Source: Gracilinanus agilis
Lineage: Eukaryota
Length of the DNA stretch: 64,000 bases
Assembly: GCF_016433145.1 (NCBI RefSeq)
Contig: NC_058131.1
Location: 291,075,486-291,139,485 of the forward strand
Reading direction: 5' to 3'
This document shows, piece after piece, positions 12,701 to 24,559 of this stretch (positions are counted from its first letter, which is position 1; each line of letters opens with the position of its first letter). The translations under genes and the position numbers were made by a program. Under the pieces are notes generated by a model. That model made no database searches. It saw nothing but the letters and a program-made list of their open reading frames with translations, and was not told where the DNA came from.

Positions 12701-15157
12701 TAGAAACTTGTCTCTAAAGAAGTATATTAAATTTCTTACAACTATGAAATAAAATTATTCCAGAATTACAAACTTCCCAACTGGAGATGGAATATTACAA
12801 CATGATCTTACCCTATGCCATATATCTCCAAAGCTTAAGAAATTCATCCAAGAGATAGTGATGAATATGCCTCAATGACCAGGAAGTTTACCTAATTTAA
12901 GTCCAATTGTATGTAGGATTTTGTTTTGCTTGACTTTTGTAATTTTTTTGTTTGTTTCTTTTCATTCTGGGGGTAGACAGGAAGGAAGGCTATAGAGAAT
13001 TTTCCCAAAAAGAGAAACAAAAATAAAAATGAGACAATGGGCATGTCACTGAAGCAATTTTTTAGAATGCACAGAAGAGAAAAGAAAGCCAGACAAGCAT
13101 GACAGTTTTGAAAGTTACATGTTATATTTGTTAGTTAGAAGACCAAAATGTTCATGGCACAGATTCATAATTTCATATGCAATTCTCATTTTCTGTTCTA
13201 CTGCATTTATAGAAATACTAACTGGCATTCATTGAGTTCCAAATTTTGAAAATTAAATAAAAATATGAAAGGCATTTATTAAGCAGTTACTATATGCTAT
13301 AAGCTATTGAGAGCACTGAAAATAGAAATACAATTAAAAAAGACAGTCACTGTTTTCAAGTTTACATTGCAATGGAGGAAGTTGTACAGTTATGGCGTAG
13401 CGGCCTGGTTTGGAACAAAGTGAGGTAAAATAATAACTAGCATTTATGAAGATTGACGGATCATCTTACAAAAATTATCTCATGTTATCCAATTGTTTTA
13501 AACCTCAATATTCCTTGGGTCTTGTTAAATGGACATGAATCATTGAATAAATATTATAGTCTCTGAAGAAGTATTTGCAATGGAGAGAAGTATATTTAGC
13601 ATCAGTGGGCTATAGCTTATTGTCAGCAAGACTTATATAGAAGTGGAATAACATATAATTAGGCAGATATGTAACTAGGAAAGGAGATGGGTAGGTTATG
13701 CCCTAAGAGTATGCAACAAATCAATAACTCCAAGATGATATTACTTTCCTTTGGAAATCATTTGGAAATAAAGGCTGCTTTCCAGTTCTGAGCCTCTTTT
13801 TTTCAAAGGTGATTAAACTTTATACTAGAGAGAGATATTAATACTTCTGTCTCCTGGCTTTCCTGCTTTACTTCAAGTCCCATCTTAAATTCCACCTTCT
13901 AAAAGAATCCTTTCCCAATTTCTCTTAATTCAAGTGCTTCCCTTATGTTGATTATCCTTATTATATCGTATATAGATTGACTGTACATCTACTTGCATGT
14001 TGTCTTCTCTAGGATGTGAATTTCTCAAGAGCAGGGGCTGTATTTTATTTACCTTTCTTTGTATCACCAGCATCTAGCACAGTGTCTGGAACATAGCAGA
14101 ACCCTTAATAAATGCTTTTTGACTGGCTGACTGAAGAAAACAGAACCGGAACAATATATAAATTTATTAACAACACTAAAAACAATAACAACAACAATAA
14201 AATCTGGAAAAATAAACAAAGAAAAGAGGTTTGAAGGTGGAAAACAGTATTTTTATTATTTTGTAAAATTGATATACATTTAACATTAACTATAAATATT
14301 TGAGTTTATATGATATTTTTAAATTTTAAATTGTTTTTTTGAATATTTTTGTTAATGGTTTAAAATATGGTTTATTAAACTTTTTAAAAAACTAGTACAT
14401 GCTAAATTTCGATGAAGTTAGAAAAAAGGCTTCACAGGCTCTTCTCGAAAAGAGAATTCAATCAACACTAATCAAAAGACAGACAAGAAAGTCCATAAAA
14501 GCAATAAACAAGTTTATATTTGAAATTTGGATGTGGATGACATCACTTGCCTTTGAAGACCATCCAGTACTGAGTGTTCTCCAATTCTAAGCTTCTCTTT
14601 TCCCATGAGTAAACCTTTGTAATAAGGAATAAGAACAGTGTCATCTTCGTAACTCAGACTTTTTGGAAGCATAGAATTATGAAATTTTATTGTTGACCTT
14701 CTATAATTTGCCACTGTGCTTGTCATTGTGACCATAGGAGCAGACAGTGGCTATGGATGTATATTTTAAAACTTTACTGAGAAGCAAAAATTGAGGTTTA
14801 AAGAGACCCATTTCTCCCTGTAGATCAGAGAGCCTATTCTTAAAAGGCAGGAGTACTGTTCTTCGGGGTTCAGGACCCTGCTCTGTCTACTATTAGGAAA
14901 ACATTTAAATCTAGGACTTTCTGGAAATATGACACTTGGGAGGGCCTATAGGCATTTAGTCTCTTTGGCAATTCTTTAATTTAGCAAGCATGTACTAAGT
15001 TCCTACTATGTGCCAGTCATTGTTCGAGGTCTTGTGAGAGAAAAAGACCCTGTACCCCCTTTTATGAAGATTAGATTTTAATGTTATCAGTAGTCCTGAG
15101 ATAATCATAATTGTAATTCTAAGATAGTTAGCATATGTCATGAATTTAGTAGGCTTT

Positions 15158-17153
15158 TGTGAATATTCTGGTATAAGTATTGAGGTTTTGGATTAAGGAA
15201 ATAACTGCCTTTGCAAGGCCTTAGTGCCAGACCCACCCTTCAATGTTGCTATATTAGGCACCCTAATTTGTGATCCATTATATATCAGGATGCCTGACCT
15301 TTAGTTCAGCACCTGGTACCACTCATCACCACCCTCTCTTGGCCCAGAGAACATCCTTCTTCCCCCAGATAACCATCAAGTGACTCTTAGGTAATGGTCA
15401 AAAGATGATCAGACATGACCTAATATATGGACAAATATGGGTTTTTTCCTAGATGAACTGACCAATGAGGGTTGTTATTGGGTGACTGATCTTTGAAGGC
15501 ATGATCAATCTTGTGATAATTTTGATTGGGATTTTTTAGGAATTTGGTATTTGATTGGGAAAATAAGAATCTTATTCTAAGGGTATATAAGGCAGTTCCT
15601 CCCAATGCTCTGAGTCTTCTGTTCTTAGAACAGGGATCCAGCTTTGTTGGAGGATTTAGCCTGCTTCCAATAAAACCGAAATAATTACCTAGCTTGGAAA
15701 ATTTGACTTTATTTATACAAAATGATTATTCTTTTTTTAAACATTTATTAATATTTATATTTTAGAAAAGTTAACATGTTTACATGATTATGCTCTTACT
15801 TTCCCCTTCACCCCCCTGACTAACCCCCCTCCCCTGGCCAATATGCATTTCCACTGGTTTTAACATGTGTCATTAATCAAGACCTATTTCCAAATTGTTG
15901 ATAGTTGCATTGGTGTGGTACTTTTGATCCCCAATCATGTCCTCATCAACCCATGTATTCAAGCAGTTGATTTTCTTCTGTGTTTCCTCTCCTGCAGTTC
16001 TTCCTCTGAATGTGGGTAGCATTCTTTACCATACGTCCCTTAGAATAGTCCTGGGTCATTGCATTGTTGCCAGTACAGAAGTCTATTACATTCTATTTTA
16101 CCACAGTATATCAGTCTCTGTGTACAATGTTCTCCTGGTTCTGCTCCTTTCGCTCTGCATCAGTTCCTGGAGGTCTTTCCAATTCATATGGAATTCCTCC
16201 AGTTTATTATTCCTTTGAGCACAATAGTATTCCATCACCCGCATATACCACAATTTGTTCAGCCATTCCCCAATTGAAGGGCATTCCCTCCTTTTCCAGT
16301 TTTTTGCCACCACAAAAAGCACAGCTATAAATATTTTCATACAAGTCTGTTTATCTATGATCTCTTTGGGGTACAATCCCAACAATGGTATGGCTGGATA
16401 AGGGCAGGCATTCTTTTATAGCCCTTTGAGCATGATTCCAAATTGCCATCCAGAATGGTTGGATCAGTTCACAACTCCACCAGCAATGCATTAATGTTCC
16501 AATTTGGCCACATCCCCTCCAACATTCATTACTCACCCCTTCTTTCATTTTAGCCATTCTGCTAGGTGTGAGGTGATACCTCAGAGTTGTTTTGATTTGC
16601 ATTTCTCTAATTATTAGAGATTTAGAACACTTTCTCATGTGCTTATTGATAGTTTTGATTTCTTTTTCTGAAAATTGCCTATTCATGTCCCTTGCCCATT
16701 TATCAATTGGGGAATGGCTTGATTTTTTATACAATTGATTTAACTCCTTGTATATTTGAGTAATTAGATCCTTGTCAGAGTTTTTTGTTATAAAGATTTT
16801 TTTCCCAATTTGTTGTTTCCCTTCTGATCTTGGCTACATTGTTTTGGTTTGTACAAAAGCTTTTTAGTTTAATATAATCAAAACCATTAAATTTACATTT
16901 TGTAATTTTCTCTAACTCTTGCTTGGTTTTAAAATCTTTCCTTTCCCAGAGATCTGACAAGTATACTATTCTGTGTTCACTTAACTGATTTATAGTTTCC
17001 CTCTTTATACTCAAGTCATTCACCCATTCTGAATTTATCTTAGTATAGGGTGTGAGATGTTGATCTAAACCTAATCTCTCCCATATTGTTTTCCAAATTT
17101 CCCAACAGTTTTTGTCAAACAAAATGATTATTCTTAAGAAAATTTTTACCACA
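15158..17153 (+). mobile_element. Solo LTR interrupted in its 3' part by an L1
   Basis: Starts TGTGAAT; TATATAA at 15584-15590; AATAAA at 15669-15674; resumes after the L1 and ends ...TTTACCACA at 17153. Confidence 0.6.
15734..17118 (-). mobile_element. 5'-truncated young L1 (ORF2 C-terminus + 3' UTR)
   Basis: Frameshifted ORF2 pieces (LTPYTKINS, KTTLRYHLTP, LLGLYPKE); 17-bp TSD ACAAAATGATTATTCTT at 15717-15733 and 17119-17135. Confidence 0.95.
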
Positions 17154-19619
17154 GTTCTGAGGACACAAAGCAGAAATGAAACTCCCTGTCCTCAAGGAAC
17201 TCATATCCTACTTCAGGGAAATTATATTTATGTAGACAATAAATATAAAATATAGTGTTCTTTGTTATTGGAAATTTTGGAGTCCTTGAACTACATTTCC
17301 TATGAGCCCACTGGCTTCCCGTCGTTATGCAATGATGTAGACAGAGGGATAAAACTGAGGGGCTGGTGTTTCACTTCCTCTTTGCTTCCAATCCACCATG
17401 GTGAGAGCTGGGAACATCAGGGCTTTTGAACTGACTAAGCTAGCATGACATGTGGCTTTATTTTCTAGAGGCTATTAATAAACCTTATAAAACAATAATA
17501 TTTTTGAAGTTATCATTTTTATATTCATTTTATTTTTTACAGAGGAACAGCATATGGTTTCTAAAAGGTTCTAAAAGGTTCACCATCACTGTTCTATACT
17601 GTGATACTTCTTATCAAGTGAGAATACCTGTTTAATTGAGTAATAAAATCCATTAATCAATCAAAGGTATAAACAAGGACTAGATACTTCTATTAGATCA
17701 ATCAATTAAAGGTACAAGTTAGATATAAACAAATCTTTAATTAGGAAGAATTGAAGTGTTTTGAGTCATTAATGTCAGGTGATACAATATAAGAGCTGTA
17801 TTAATATTGGTCGAAAGATTAGACATATTTTTGGAACTATTTATATCAGAGAAGGGATTACAGCAGGGGGACAGTCAATTAGGTCAGGTGAGTGGCTCCA
17901 GGATAGATACATTGAAGAGACATTCCCTTATATCTATTCCAAAAGGTTAAAAGGAATGGAGAAAGTGAACCCAAAGGAAATATCATACTCTTCTCCCCTT
18001 ACCTGCTTCCCCTTTCCCATTATATATGTCTATAGGAAAGTATAGACTATTAAAAAATAATGCAGTCAGGATTTGAGAGAAGACAAATTAGACACACTGA
18101 GGAAAGACAACTTCAAGACCATGACATTTTGTGAGTAGAGAAAAGGAAAGCATTCACCTCTGAAGCCCAGCAAAGAGCTCTACCTCAGGGAGAATTCAAT
18201 AACAATACCCGATCTTAGCCAAAAGGCTGAGAAGTGATTAAAAAAAAACAAAACTTCTAATATTCAGAAACCATTAGTTACCCTTTTGTTATATTTGTGG
18301 GAAAGTATATCCCAGACTTGGAAGGAGAACATTTTGTATTGACTATTTTTACCACCTTAGTAAATACCTTTTTCTAAAAGTTAATTAACTCTGGCTGGCT
18401 AATTGATAATTGGTGGTAAATACTCTGGAAGTGGGGTTTATGAGCAATAGTACTAGAAAAACTTCAGCTCCTCAGAGTCACCCCTAGGTTCCTAAAGGGA
18501 AAATTAGTCACTGAACTCTAAGGATCCCTCCTACAAGTGTTGGTAGGGGTTTGGAAAAGTAACCCTGGAGGGAGTGCTATACTATGGGACCTCATCTGGG
18601 AAAGGACAAGAGATTCTCCTCAAACCCTTCAGGATTACCCCTAGTGGAGAGATAATCAGTTACCCTCTGGGAGAACCAACTTGCTTGTAGTATAGGCGGT
18701 ATGAGGAGCTACATATACAAGGTATATGTAGAAAGCATATGTAAATATATGTAAGTATATGTAAGATGAAAGTATATGTAAAAAAAAGGGAGCTACATAT
18801 ACAAAGTAAACACAAAGTACCTTTTTTTTTTTTTGATTGGGGAAATAAATACTCATACCTAGACCTTGGGTTACAAGCTGCACCTTGAAGGAAACTGGGA
18901 CATCCTATGCAAAGGCACACAGACAGTCTATCATGTGCAGGAAACAGCAATTTGGTCAGTATAGCTGGAATGTACATGTATGTGAGGAACAATGATTAAG
19001 TTAGTTGACTATGAGCAGATATGGATCTGTTTCACTCTTTAGGATCTATTGGTAATTTTTCTCATTTCTGGCAGAGAGGTGTTTATAGGAAAGAAACTAT
19101 TTTCCTAATACTTTGCTTTGGGAGCAAAGGCTCTACTTTAAGGAAACTATACCCAGGAGGGAAGAACATTAGGTAATGACAAGGTCAAAGCTATCCTTAG
19201 AAGTAGCTTCCTTGCCACAGTGACAGAAGTTACCTTTAGAGAATTGATTTTTTTGGACTAAGTCCAATGACGTAATAGAAAATGTTTTGGGCTAGGAGTC
19301 AGAAGATCAGAATTCAAGCCTTAACTCACTTAATAACTGTATATCCCAGGGGAAAGTCCCAACTTTCTGAGACTCATTTTCCTCACATATAAAAAAAGAG
19401 AGTTGGAATAGATGATCTATAAGGTCTTTTCTAGCTTGAAGTACTTCTCCAGGAGACCTCTCTTAAGATAAAAACATTCCTGGAGAAGGTAAAACATAAA
19501 TCAGTTGTTATCTGGGAACATTAGAGAATGAATTTGTTTAACTGGCTTACCTAACTAGGCCTAGAGCAGTGAGTGTGAGGCCCAGCCCTCCCCTCCCCAC
19601 AGCTAAGGTAAAGGCAAGC

Positions 19620-20460
19620 TGCTGAGTGTGTGCTTTCCTCGAAGGGGCGGCAGTTTGGGGGTCATGGAGTAGGAATGTGAGTTTGACTGCCTGGGAGCCG
19701 GAGAGGAAGAATGGAGGTTCAGGGTCCGGAAGACAGAGACAACTCTGGCTCAGGAGGAAGCGGACATTCTCCCCACCTGCTGTGAGGATAAGTAGCAGAA
19801 AATGAAGAAGTCTACAAGGGGACCAGACAGAGGCAGAGGGTGGGGCTAAGACGGAGGCGGAGGCATGGCAGTCGAAGGGGCGGGGCGTAGGCTAAGGCGG
19901 TTAGAAGTGAGGGGCGTGGTTGTCGCAAAAGTAGAGGAAGAACAGAAGAGGGCGGTGCCATTAGGCCTGGGAGGAGGCAGGACAAAATAGAGACGGAAGC
20001 CTGGCAGGCCAGAAGCGAGGGCGGGGCCGAGGGAGAATGGGGCGGAGATAAGTCCGGAGCTGAGACGGAGGGGTAGGTCCAGGCTAAGGCCGCGGATGGA
20101 GTACTGGGTCCGCCCCGCGTGGTTTCCTGCCCGTGGCGGACCCTCCTAGAGCCCGGCTAGGCCCAGTCACCCTCCCGACCCATCCCAGCGGGAGAGCTCT
20201 GCTGGGGCCAGAGGAGTGGCTGCCGGCGTTATCATGCTACTGCCAGTGTTCACTCTGAAGCTGCGCCACAAAATCAGCCCGCGCATGGTGGCCGTGGGTC
20301 GCTACGACGGAACCCACACGTGCCTGGCGGCCGCCACCCAAGCCGGCAAGGTAAAGGGGCACAGCCTTCCGCGACCTACGGTGGGATGGAGGATGAGCAC
20401 CTCTTCCCCTTGTCCTCCCCGCCCTGATGCTCCTCCCCTCTGAGCCTTTATGCGACTCTC
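19620..20460 (+). promoter_or_regulatory. BBS2: BBS2 CpG-rich, TATA-less promoter/5' region
   Basis: The only CpG-dense stretch in the window. GC boxes GGGGCGGGGC at 19877-19886 and GGGCGGGGCC at 20019-20028; ETS-like CCGGAAG near 19726; spans exon 1. Confidence 0.85.
20234..20350 (+). CDS. BBS2: BBS2 exon 1 (coding part)
   Basis: ATG at 20234; [39 protein letters not shown]; donor AAG|GTAAAG. Confidence 0.97.
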
Positions 20461-20484
20461 CCTGCCTCACCCTCCTCAGGCATA

Positions 20485-20497
20485 GTTGCCAGGCAAC
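20485..20497. promoter_or_regulatory. RFX X-box (palindromic GTTGCC-A-GGCAAC) in BBS2 intron 1
   Basis: Perfect match to the X-box consensus GTNRCC(N0-3)RGYAAC, 135 nt after the exon 1 donor of a ciliary gene. Confidence 0.75.
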
Positions 20498-23400
20498 CCC
20501 AGCTACAGCAGTATGGAGCTAGAGGGCTCATACTATCATTATTATTATTAATAATTATAATTCCCCAGCGCACACCTCCATTGCTTCCTTCACAGCTCAC
20601 CGCCCCCTCACTTTCCCCTCCCGGATGCTGGATATATATTGTTACATAATACGTGTATATATTATATAACACAAGTATATAACAAGGAAATATTACTTGA
20701 GTACCTCAGGTTTTCAAAGGGTTGCCAGACCTGGCTTCAAATACCATCTGTTTTACTAACTGAAATGGGCAGGTTACCTGGGCCTGTTTTCCTATTTGTA
20801 AAATGAAGGATGAACTAAGGTGATATCCCAGGTTTTTCCAGGTTGAAATTCTTTCACCTAGGTATATTGTTTTCCATGATAATAGTACTTGATCTTGAAG
20901 AGTTGCTGTGACCAAAAAATTCTCACCTTGCTTCCATCCTGATGTGCAACCTCCCTGACTACAGGTAGAGGGACTTTAGATAACAGACAAGCTGTTCACT
21001 GGATTCTCCACCAAAAAGGGGCCTTGATTGCTATTAATACAATATTTCAGTATTTCATAGAATCTTAAGATTTCGAAAAAGGAAAGGACCTTAGAGATTG
21101 TATCATCATTTTACCAAGGAGGGAACTGACGTCCAGAGAAATGATTTGTCCAAGGTCACATAGGTTAAAAACAGCTGAACCAGGATTTGTCCGGACCCTC
21201 CAGTTCCTAATTCCAAATCCACTTGTAATTTCTCACTCTGCCATATTGCCTGCAGGCATCAATTCAATTCACTGTGATTCATTTAAATTAAGCCAGCATT
21301 TATTAAGTACCTCCATGGTGCCAGGCACTGTGCTTCAGTTTTTAGCATGAAAACTAGGTATAAACTTTCTTGCTTACTCCAGAACAAGGCAAAGCACTCT
21401 AGGCTTGTTATCATATATTTTAAGGGACATTCAAAAGTTAAGGCCACTAACTTGCACTCACATCTTTGGAACTCATTTGCCTACTAGTTCTTAAAAAAGG
21501 AATCTTTCCAATAATCTTTTCATATTCAACTATATTGTCTCCATATCCATGATATTGGCAGGTGAAGAATTTCATCTTCTTAAGTCAGGAATCAGTGAAG
21601 GGACTTGGCTATAGTCATAAATTAGGTTAAATAGTAGAGAAGGCACTGGAATACAGATCTTAACTTTTGGGCTTCTGACATTAATAGTTAGATTCTACCC
21701 ATTACAAATTGTAGCACAAGTGAAATGGAATAGAGTTGAGGGTTAATTCAATTCAACAAACACTTATTAAGTCCCTGTTATGTGCTGGGGATATAAAGAC
21801 AAAAATCAAGAGTCCCTGACCTGAAGTAGCTGACCTTGGGGAAGGAGGGAGAGGGGGAATGTAAAAGAAACAACATATACATAGATAAATATAAAGTTTT
21901 GGGGGGGGAATGGGTGGTAGATATGTATGAAGTACAGCAGTTAGGGACATCAGGAAAGATTTCCTTTAGGGAGAAGGCAATAAAGATTTATGTAGTCCCT
22001 ACTGTGTGCTAGATACCATACTAAGTGTTTTTGTTTGTTTTTACTGCAAAGTAGGTGCTGCTATTATCCCCATTTTACAGTTGAGGCAAACAGAGGCAAA
22101 GTGACTTGGCAAGGATCACATAGCTAATAAGTATCTGAGTCTGGATTTGAACTGAGGTCTTCCTGACTCCAGGCCTAGTATTGTATCCACTTCATTATGC
22201 CTCGGTAGGAAATGTTATTTGAGCTAAAGTTTGAAAGGAACAAGAGATGTGGAGAAACAGAGGTGAAAAGGGAGGCCATGGAGGTAGGAGGTGGAATGTA
22301 ATATTATATGGGAAACTGCAAGTAGGCCAGTTTAGATGACATGTAACATAATGGAATAATGTGAGATAAGTTTGGAAAGATATAGGAGGTAGTATAGTAT
22401 ATAGTATATAGTATATAGTATAGTAGTATAGCACTGGACTTGTAATGAAGAAGTTCTACAAGTTATTTAACTTCACCTAAGATGAGAAGGTTGAACTTGC
22501 TGGCCTCTTTGGCTTCTCTAGATATAAAACCATGATCTTTAAATCCCAAACAATGGAATTTGTATTTTGTCCCAGATGCAGTAGAGAACCATTGAAGTTT
22601 CTGGACCGCAGGAATGACATGGTCAGACCTGTACTTTAGAAATAGCAATTTTGTGGATTATAGGTAGAATAGGTAGAATATAGACTGGAGAGTGCATACA
22701 TGATATTCAGCAAGACCAATTAGGAGGTATTGTCAGATGAGAGGTAATGAGGGCCTGGGCAAAGGTGATGACCTTGTGAGTAAGAAGAAGTAGATGGATG
22801 TGAAATATGTTTCTGGGATAGAGTAAAATAAGACTTGGCAATTGAATGGATACTGGGAGTGAGGGAAATGGAAGAATTGAGAATGATTCCAAGGCTACAA
22901 ACCTTTGTCACTGGAAGAATGGTGGTTCTCAAGAAATTAATAAGAGCAGTTTGTTTGGAGGACAGTAATGAGCTCCTTTTTGAGTTTAAGGTAGCTTTAG
23001 GTGTCTAGATGGAGATGGCCAATAGGTACCTGGCCTGCAGGACTAGAGCTCAAGATTTGCTAAAGACACCAGTCTTTGAGAAGAAAGCAGTGGTTCAGTC
23101 CTGACTTCCAATCTTTGAATGTTTTCACCACTTTCTTCTGCCAGATAACTGGTTAACTTCATTTAGTTGAAAAGTGAAATATTCAAATAGAACTAACTTA
23201 ATCTCTAATCCTAATAATAAAATGTTTGGATTGCTGAGTTTTAATTCTTTTTCAGATATCAGTGGGATAATTTTCTGATAGAGATCTGGCCTTAAAATTC
23301 TACTGTAGTTTACACACCTTTGTTACTAGGAAAATAAATCAGAGATTTAAATACGTAGATGTTTGTAGCTTTCCGTCAAATAATTCAAGTCATTCAATTC

Positions 23401-24559
23401 AATCAAAGATTTATTAAATGTCTATTTCTTAGAAGAATGTGTAAAACACTGCCAGGGAATGAAATTGGATTGTCTTCTTTTTCTTTTTAACATTGTTATT
23501 TATTTCATTAAATATTTCCCAATTCCATGTAAACATTTTTTAACATTCATTTAAAAAAATTTGAGTTCAAAATTCACTCCCTCCTTCCTGCCCCTCCTCC
23601 ATCATTGAGAAGGCTAAAACTCTTTGCTAAGTATCTTAATTGTTTCCTTTTTAGGAAGTATGGTATGATAATAATAGGTCCTAAAAATACCTGTCATTTT
23701 CAGAAGTTTCTCACATCAGATGCTTTTTGGATTTTGGCACCTCACCATTCACATTTATAATGACCAGAGTAATGGCTATTGATTTTATTTACCAAATCAG
23801 CCATCAGCATCTTGAGCCCCTATACCTGATCTGTAGAGGAAAGAGAAATTAGTTGGGAATTTGATTTAAGTTTTATTCCCCAGTTTTGCCACTAATTAGT
23901 GATGTGACTTTGAGCAAGTCATTTATTCTTTTTAGGTCTCAGTTTTCTCTGCTGTAAAATTAGGAGATTTGATTAGATGACCTCTAAGATTCCTTCTAGC
24001 TTTAAGAATCTATGATTAATTTCTAAATTCCTCATAATTCTCTCTAAGATAGATGGACACACAGTATTTGTTACATAGCATATAGAATGGAATATAGTAC
24101 ATGTGCACATGCAGAGAGTGATGACAAAGAACCTATTACTTCCTAGCTGTGTGACGCTGGGCAAGTCACTTAACCGCCCTTGCCTAACCCTTACTGCTCT
24201 TTTGCCTTGGAACCAAAACACAGTATTGATTCTAAGACAGAAAGTAAGGGTTTAGAAAAAAAGAACCTATGAGAAGTCTGTTGTCATATAATTAAAGATT
24301 ATTTCCATTGGATCAGGTGACCTATCTATGTTAAATGGTCAGGGGCAGATGAACTACTTCTGCTGTCTACATTGGCCATATCCAATTTGTTTCATTCTGC
24401 ACTGTGTCCTTCACTTCTCTCTCAAGAGATGGATAGCTTGTTTTATTAGTAGTCCTCTGAAATCCTGTTTGATCAAATTGCTGATAAGAATTCAGGACAG
24501 TAGTTTCCATCATATTTATATACCATACCTTATTCATCCATTTCCCAGTTTATGAACAT

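Noticed and set aside
18705-18804. 16-bp direct repeat GGAGCTACATATACAA around TATATGTA units ending in an A-run (mini retro-insertion?)
   Set aside because: The insert is low-complexity and self-similar; slippage explains it equally well.
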